Origin: an uncultured Gemmatimonadaceae bacterium | Lineage (GTDB): Bacteria; Gemmatimonadota; Gemmatimonadetes; Gemmatimonadales; Gemmatimonadaceae | Direction of reading: 5' to 3' | Length of the DNA stretch: 64,000 bases | Assembly (NCBI GenBank): GCA_963716745.1 | Contig: OY970320.1 | Location: forward strand, 1,632,001-1,696,000 | The notes under the pieces: model-generated | Database searches by the model: none | What the model saw: only the letters and a program-made list of their open reading frames with translations | What the model was told of the DNA's origin: nothing | Made by a program: the position numbers and the translations under genes | Shown: in pieces, positions 58,764 through 64,000 of the stretch | Layout of the letters: each line of letters begins with the position of its first letter | Numbering within the stretch: position 1 is the first letter of the stretch

Positions 58764-59581
58764 GAGGGGAATTCGTCGAAGTCGCCGGCGCGCGGCTGTA
58801 CTACTACGCGGCCGGCACGCGTGGCGCCGGCGACACGATCATCTTCCTGCACGGATTCCCCGCCTCGTCACATCTCTGGCGCGATGTGGTGCCGCACATT
58901 CCCGCCGGTCATCGCTCGGTGGTGGTCGACCTGCTCGGCTACGGGCGCAGCGACCGTCCCGCGGATCGCGATCTGTCGATTGCCGGCCACGCCGCGCGCG
59001 TGCTCGCGTTCATGGACGCGATGCACATGGCGAGTGCGGCGGTCGTCGGGCACGATCTCGGCGGCGGGATCGCGCAGCATCTCGCCGTGCATCATCCCGA
59101 TCGCGTGTCGCGCCTCGCACTCATCGCATCGGTGGGCTTCGACGAATGGCCGCCCGGCGCGCTCAAGACGAATTCCGGAATTGCGATCGCGAAGCGGCTT
59201 CCGGCGAAACCAATGATGGCGATGTTGCGCCGCGCGCTGAAAGGCGCGTACGAGGAGCAGGAGCGTGGCGCGCATTCCACCGACATGTACCTTCGCACGT
59301 TCGAGGCGCCGGGCGGGCGAGAAGCGCTCGTGTCGCACGTTGGCGCGCTGGACTGCGCGGAGACAGAGGCACTCGTGCCGGGCTTGAAGAAGCTCAAGAT
59401 CCCGACCGCGATCATCTGGGGCGAGGACGATCCGTTCCTGCCGCTCTCGATCGGCATGCGCCTGGAGCAGACGATCCCGAGGGCGACGCTGAGTGTTTTG
59501 CCCGGTGTCATGCACTATCCACCGGAGACGGCGCCCGAGACGGTGGCGAAGCTCCTCGCGCCTTGGCTGGCTCGGAGCTGA
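58760..59581 (+). CDS. Alpha/beta hydrolase, epoxide hydrolase/haloalkane dehalogenase type
   Basis: LHGFP, DLLGYGRSD, GHDLGG (Asp nucleophile), WGEDD; TTG start overlapping the upstream stop. Confidence 0.88.
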   Translation: MRGEFVEVAGARLYYYAAGTRGAGDTIIFLHGFPASSHLWRDVVPHIPAGHRSVVVDLLGYGRSDRPADRDLSIAGHAARVLAFMDAMHMASAAVVGHDLGGGIAQHLAVHHPDRVSRLALIASVGFDEWPPGALKTNSGIAIAKRLPAKPMMAMLRRALKGAYEEQERGAHSTDMYLRTFEAPGGREALVSHVGALDCAETEALVPGLKKLKIPTAIIWGEDDPFLPLSIGMRLEQTIPRATLSVLPGVMHYPPETAPETVAKLLAPWLARS

Positions 59582-59585
59582 TACT

Positions 59586-59677
59586 GCAGACCTGAGACGC
59601 TAGACCTAGACGTTAGACTGCTCCCGCCGTTGCAGACGCCTTCTAGCGTCTAGGTCTAGCGTCTAGGTCTGCGGTTC
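59586..59677. repeat. REP-like palindromic element, (TAGACCT/TAGACGC)-type heptamers, copy 1
   Basis: gcagacct(g)agacgctagacctagacgttaga ... tctagcgtctaggtctagcgtctaggtctgc; between convergent genes. Confidence 0.9.
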
Positions 59678-59680
59678 TGA

Positions 59681-60835
59681 CTATCGCTCCTTCAACGCTG
59701 CAATGGTGTATGCGCTCCGCGGGTTCCATAGCAACCAGCCCATCACGCCCGCATGATACCCCGCCTCTATCTGGGCGCGGACCTCGGTCACGCCGTAGCG
59801 CGGCGGACCGAGGGTGAAGTCCTGGTACCAGGGGCGCACCGTGGCCGCGTTCGCGACGCCGACGCTCCGGCGCTTGGCATCGCTCAGGCCGCGCGCGATC
59901 ACGACGCTCGGATGCGCGTTGGGAACGCTCAGTCCGTACATCCCCGGGCGATAGTGCGACGGGTACATCATCGGCAGGATGACATCCACCGCGTTCACCG
60001 TGGTCTCCCAGCGCTGGCCGATGGCCATGCCGGTGGTGTCGGTGGTGGTGAGGCCGAACACGTCGGCGGTGACGGGCACATCCATCCCGCGAAGGCGCGT
60101 GCGGAGCATCGAGAGCTGCGCGTGGATCACCTGGTCGCGCGTGCGGCCAGCCGCGAGCGGGAACGCTGCCTCGCGCTGCAATCGCGATTCGTCGGGGAAG
60201 CGCACGTAATCGAACTGCACTTCACTGAAGCCGAGCTGCACGGCTTCGCATGCGAGATCGGCGGCGTAGCGCCACGGTCCATCCTGATGCGGATCGAGCC
60301 ACGGCTTCCCCTGCTTGTCGTGCCACGGACGCGTCGTGTCGGCGCGCGAGCGGATCGCCCATACGGGCCGCGCCACGGCGAGGATCGGATCCTTCACGAC
60401 GACGATGCGCGCGATGGGGTAGATCCCGAGCGCGCGCATGGTGTCGAGCGCGGCGCGGATGCGTTCGGCGCGCATCGGGCGATTGGTGTCGGCGCCGATC
60501 GCGCGCGCGAGCGGCACTTGCGAGCGGTACAGCACGAAGCCGCGGTCGTCCTTCACATCGATCACGAGCGCGTTGATCTCGGTGCGCGCGGCGACCGCGA
60601 TGAGATCGTTGAGGCGTGTGCCGATCGCGGCCCAGCGATTCACGTAAAGACCGCGTACGGGATCGGGCATGGCGACGAGCGGCGGCAGCGGGCGCGCGAT
60701 CGAATCGGGGCCGGGTGCGCGCGGCGCCGGGCAGTACCGCGCGACCGCCGGCGTAGCCGCGGGTCGCGCCGCCGTTTGTGCCAGCAGCGCGAGCGGGAAT
60801 GCCGCCACCAGTACGGACGCCGATCGGCAGGCCAT
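59681..60835 (-). CDS. Putative glycoside hydrolase (DUF4015-like), exported
   Basis: VRGLYV, NALVIDVKDD.G, IARIV..KD, GF.EVQFDYVRFP, PMMYPSH, RPWYQDF, LWNP. Confidence 0.85.
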   Translation of the reverse strand: MACRSASVLVAAFPLALLAQTAARPAATPAVARYCPAPRAPGPDSIARPLPPLVAMPDPVRGLYVNRWAAIGTRLNDLIAVAARTEINALVIDVKDDRGFVLYRSQVPLARAIGADTNRPMRAERIRAALDTMRALGIYPIARIVVVKDPILAVARPVWAIRSRADTTRPWHDKQGKPWLDPHQDGPWRYAADLACEAVQLGFSEVQFDYVRFPDESRLQREAAFPLAAGRTRDQVIHAQLSMLRTRLRGMDVPVTADVFGLTTTDTTGMAIGQRWETTVNAVDVILPMMYPSHYRPGMYGLSVPNAHPSVVIARGLSDAKRRSVGVANAATVRPWYQDFTLGPPRYGVTEVRAQIEAGYHAGVMGWLLWNPRSAYTIAALKER

Positions 60836-60938
60836 GGCCGCGAAATGTAGCGTCGCCGCGCCGCGCGCGCGTCTTGACCGCGCGATGTCCGGGGCTACGT
60901 TCACGCGGCAGCACGTCACAATCCTCTCGGAGCGATCC

Positions 60939-62764
60939 ATGCGTTTCAACGTCATCACCCCCGTTCTCCTCGCCGCCGCGCTTCTCGCGCCGCCGGCCGC
61001 CGCCCAACAGCCCGCGAACGAAGACTGGGCCGCGCGTTTCAACGCGCTCGCCGCCGCCAAGGGGCAGTCCGCCGACAGCGTGCGTCTCCACCAGCTGTTC
61101 GCGCTCGATTGGGAGAAATCGAACATCGAGCACCCCGAGTTCGCGACGTACACCGGCTATCCCGGCCAGAACGGCCGCTGGACGGACAATTCACTCGACG
61201 CCATCGCGCGGCGGAAGCAGGAGGCGAAGCTGCCGCTCGCCGTGATCAATTCGATCGACCGCGCGGCGCTCTCCTCGGCCGACCAGTTGAACTACGATCT
61301 GTACAAGAAGGATGTTGTCGACGGCATCGAGGGGCAGCGGTTCCCCGGCGAGTATCTCGCGATCTCGCAGCGCGGCGGACCGCAGGGGCTCGCCGAGACG
61401 CTGGCCGACAATCCGAACGCCACCGTCGCGGACTATGAGAACATCCTGTCGCGGCTGAACGGCATCCCCACGGTGCTCGACCAAGCGACGGTGCTGCTGC
61501 AGAAGGGGCTCGCCGCCAAGGTCACCTGGCCGCGCATCACGCTCCGCAATGTGCCGAAGCAGATCCAGGATCTGATCCCCGATGATCCGATGAAGAGCCC
61601 GCTGCTCACGCCCTTCAAGAAGTTCACGATCGGCATCCCGGCGGCGGATCAGGAGCGCCTGCGCGCCGCCGCGGTGAGCGCGTACACCGCGAAAGTGAAG
61701 CCGGCCTACCAGAAGTTCCACGACTACCTCGAGAAGACCTACGTGCCGGGCACGCGCGAGTCGATCGCGATGAGCGCGCTCCCGGATGGCGATGCGTGGT
61801 ACGCGTACAACGTGCGGATGGAGACCACTACCGACCGTACGCCCAAACAGATCTTCGACATCGGGATGTCCGAGGTGAAGCGCATCCACGCGCTGATGGA
61901 CAGCGTGATCGCGTCCACCGGATTCAAGGGATCGTTCGCCGATTTCGTGCAATACCTGCGCACCGATCCAAAGTTCTACTACACCGACTCCGCGAGTCTC
62001 GTGCAGGGCTATCGCGACATCGACAAACGCATCGATCCGAACCTCGTGAAGCTCTTCGGCAAACTGCCGCGTCTCACGTACGGCGTGGGCACGATCCCGA
62101 ATTACATCGCACCGTCGGCCACCACCGCCTACTACCAGCCGGGCGCGCCCAAGGCGCCGCGGGCGGGCTACTTCATGGTGAACACGTACCAGCTCAACGC
62201 GCGCCCCAAATGGGAGATGGAAGCGCTCACGCTGCACGAGTCGGTGCCGGGGCACCATTTGCAGATCGCGCTCGCGCAGGAGCAGGAGAACGTGCCCGAG
62301 TTCCGCCGCTATGGCGGCTACACGGCGTTCGTGGAAGGCTGGGCACTCTACGGCGAGAGCCTTGGCCCCGACCTCGGCATGTACCAGGATCCATACTCGA
62401 AGTTCGGCCAGCTCACCTACGAGATGTGGCGCGCCGTGCGTCTCGTGGTCGATACCGGGCATGCATCAGTTCGGCTGGTCGCGCCAGCAGGCGATCGACT
62501 TCTTCACCGCGAACACGGCGAAGACGAATCGCGACATCATCGTCGAGATCGACCGCTACATCTCCGACCCGGCGCAGGCGCTCGCGTACAAGACGGGCGA
62601 ACTGAAGATCAAGGAACTTCGCGCCTACGCCCAGACGCGAACTCGGCGCGAAGTTCAACATCCGCGAATTCCACGACCAGGTGCTGGGGCAGGGGGCGAT
62701 TCCGCTGAGCTTGCTGGAATCGCACATCAAGGAATGGGTTGCCTGGAGGAAGGCACAAGTCTGA
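60939..62764 (+). CDS. DUF885 family exported protein; +1 frameshifts at ~62458 and ~62638
   Basis: Signal peptide; LHESVPGHHLQ, AFVEGWALY.E, RAVRLVVDTG.H, EIDRY, QALAYKTG, F.IREFHD.VL. Confidence 0.9.
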
Positions 62765-62856
62765 ACCGCAGACCTAGACGCTAGACCTAGACGCTAGAAT
62801 GCCACTGCGCGAGTCGTAGTTGCATTCTAGCGTCTAGGTCTAGCGTCTAGGTCTGT
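62763..62856. repeat. REP-like palindromic element, copy 2 (same family as 59586..59677)
   Basis: cagacctagacgctagacctagacgctagaatgc ... gcattctagcgtctaggtctagcgtctaggtctg. Confidence 0.9.
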
Positions 62857-62930
62857 CGTTTCGACTCCTAACAATTCGAGGCCGCAGGCGCCAAAATAGA
62901 GACATTCTCAGTCTCTTCGGAGCCCGCCCA

Positions 62931-64000
62931 ATGCCAGCTCGATCCAACGTTCTCATCGCGTGCGCGCTCCTCGCGCTCGCGTCATCCGCGTCCGCCCAAG
63001 CCTCGCCTGTCGATGGCGACACCTTCGACACCACCGCCTTCAGTGCGCTCAAGTGGCGCGAGATCGGGCCCTTCCGCGGTGGCCGCTCGGTGGCCGTCGC
63101 GGGATCCGCCGCGCGCGTCGCCGAATTCTGGATGGGCACAACCGGAGGCGGCGTCTTCAAGAGCCCCGATGGCGGCGACACATGGTTGCCGAGCGGGGAG
63201 AAGTATTTCGGCGGCACCATCGGCGCGATCGGCGTGAGCGAGTCGAACCCCGACATCGTGTACGTGGGCACGGGCGAGTGGGGGATCCGTGGCAACGTCT
63301 CGGCCGGTGATGGCGTGTGGAAGACCACCGACAATGGGAAGACGTGGACGCATGTGGGCATCGAGAGAGCCGGCCAGATCTCGCGCGTGCGCGTGCATCC
63401 CACGAATCCCGATATCGTCTACGCCGCCGTGCTCGGACATGCGTACGGCCCGAGCGCCGACCGCGGCGTGTTCAAGAGCACCGACGGCGGGAAGACGTGG
63501 CGCAAAGTGTTGTTCCGGAACGATTCCACGGGAGCCGCGGACCTGATCATGGATCCAACGAACCCGGACGTTCTCTACGCGTCGCTGTGGCAGGCGGGGC
63601 GCAAACCGTGGCAGCTGGTGTCGGGCGGCGCGGGGAGCGGGTTGTTCAAGAGCACCGACGCGGGCGAGCACTGGACGGAGCTCACGAAGAACGCGGGGCT
63701 GCCGAGCGGGCTGATCGGCAAGATCGGCATCGCGGTGTCGGCGGCGAAGCCGATGCGTGTCACCACCATCATCGAGAACTCGGCGGCGGGCGGCGTGTAC
63801 CGCTCCGACGATGGCGGCGCGACGTGGCGCTACATCAACGGCGATCACAAGCTGCGCGAGCGCGCGTGGTACTACACGATGATCTACGCCGACGCGAAGA
63901 ACGCGGACGTGCTGTACGCGCCGAACGTCGGACTGTACAAGAGCACCGACGGCGGCGTCACGTGGCGCTGGCTGCAGGAGCCGCACGGCGACAATCATGA
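62931..64000 (+). CDS. Secreted VPS10/BNR (Asp-box) beta-propeller protein, glycosyl-hydrolase-like; 3'-truncated, not in the ORF track
   Basis: MPARSNVLIACALLALASSASAQ...LKWREIGPFRGGRSVAVAG; repeated KS.DGG.TW Asp-boxes. Confidence 0.9.
   Translation, partial: MPARSNVLIACALLALASSASAQASPVDGDTFDTTAFSALKWREIGPFRGGRSVAVAGSAARVAEFWMGTTGGGVFKSPDGGDTWLPSGEKYFGGTIGAIGVSESNPDIVYVGTGEWGIRGNVSAGDGVWKTTDNGKTWTHVGIERAGQISRVRVHPTNPDIVYAAVLGHAYGPSADRGVFKSTDGGKTWRKVLFRNDSTGAADLIMDPTNPDVLYASLWQAGRKPWQLVSGGAGSGLFKSTDAGEHWTELTKNAGLPSGLIGKIGIAVSAAKPMRVTTIIENSAAGGVYRSDDGGATWRYINGDHKLRERAWYYTMIYADAKNADVLYAPNVGLYKSTDGGVTWRWLQEPHGDNH

Noticed and set aside
59586..62856. CRISPR array
   Set aside because: Only two isolated palindromes 3 kb apart, with no regular repeat-spacer pattern and no cas genes.
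1..64000. tRNA/rRNA genes, transposases, integrases, prophage
   Set aside because: No such motifs were recognised by eye; small RNAs could still be missed without a covariance-model search.

Overview
This is a very GC-rich bacterial chromosomal window. Gene content and style suggest Gemmatimonadota (inference), and it holds about 60 protein-coding genes. I recognised no rRNA, tRNA, CRISPR array, transposase or prophage. Recognisable modules are: an mntH-usp-mntR-DUF72 manganese operon with a DtxR-type palindrome; a large N6-adenine DNA methyltransferase coupled to an SNF2-like helicase with no evident nuclease; an ECF sigma/anti-sigma/2x DUF4097 operon; a 1327-aa wHTH-BTAD-Ser/Thr kinase-TM-TPR receptor followed by two convergent exported paralogs ending in W..DE..WV.CG..CC; a radical SAM-imuA-imuB-dnaE2 mutagenesis cassette with a candidate SOS box; xdhC-mocA; sixA with a CHAD-CYTH fusion; ispH; two RNA helicases; a swivel-first fused LeuD-LeuC-type dehydratase; and a CxxU SelW/Rdx selenoprotein that the ORF track missed. 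Non-coding highlights are a ~420-bp foldback element and a pervasive family of hairpins with 7-nt periodicity. Several of these hairpins lie in frame inside genes (dnaE2, imuB, a GT-C protein) and write the same peptides (IVHRASSI / DAR.TM.DA) into unrelated proteins. About ten genes or gene segments are split by single +1 insertions. These are most likely sequencing errors, because two of them also break otherwise regular repeats.
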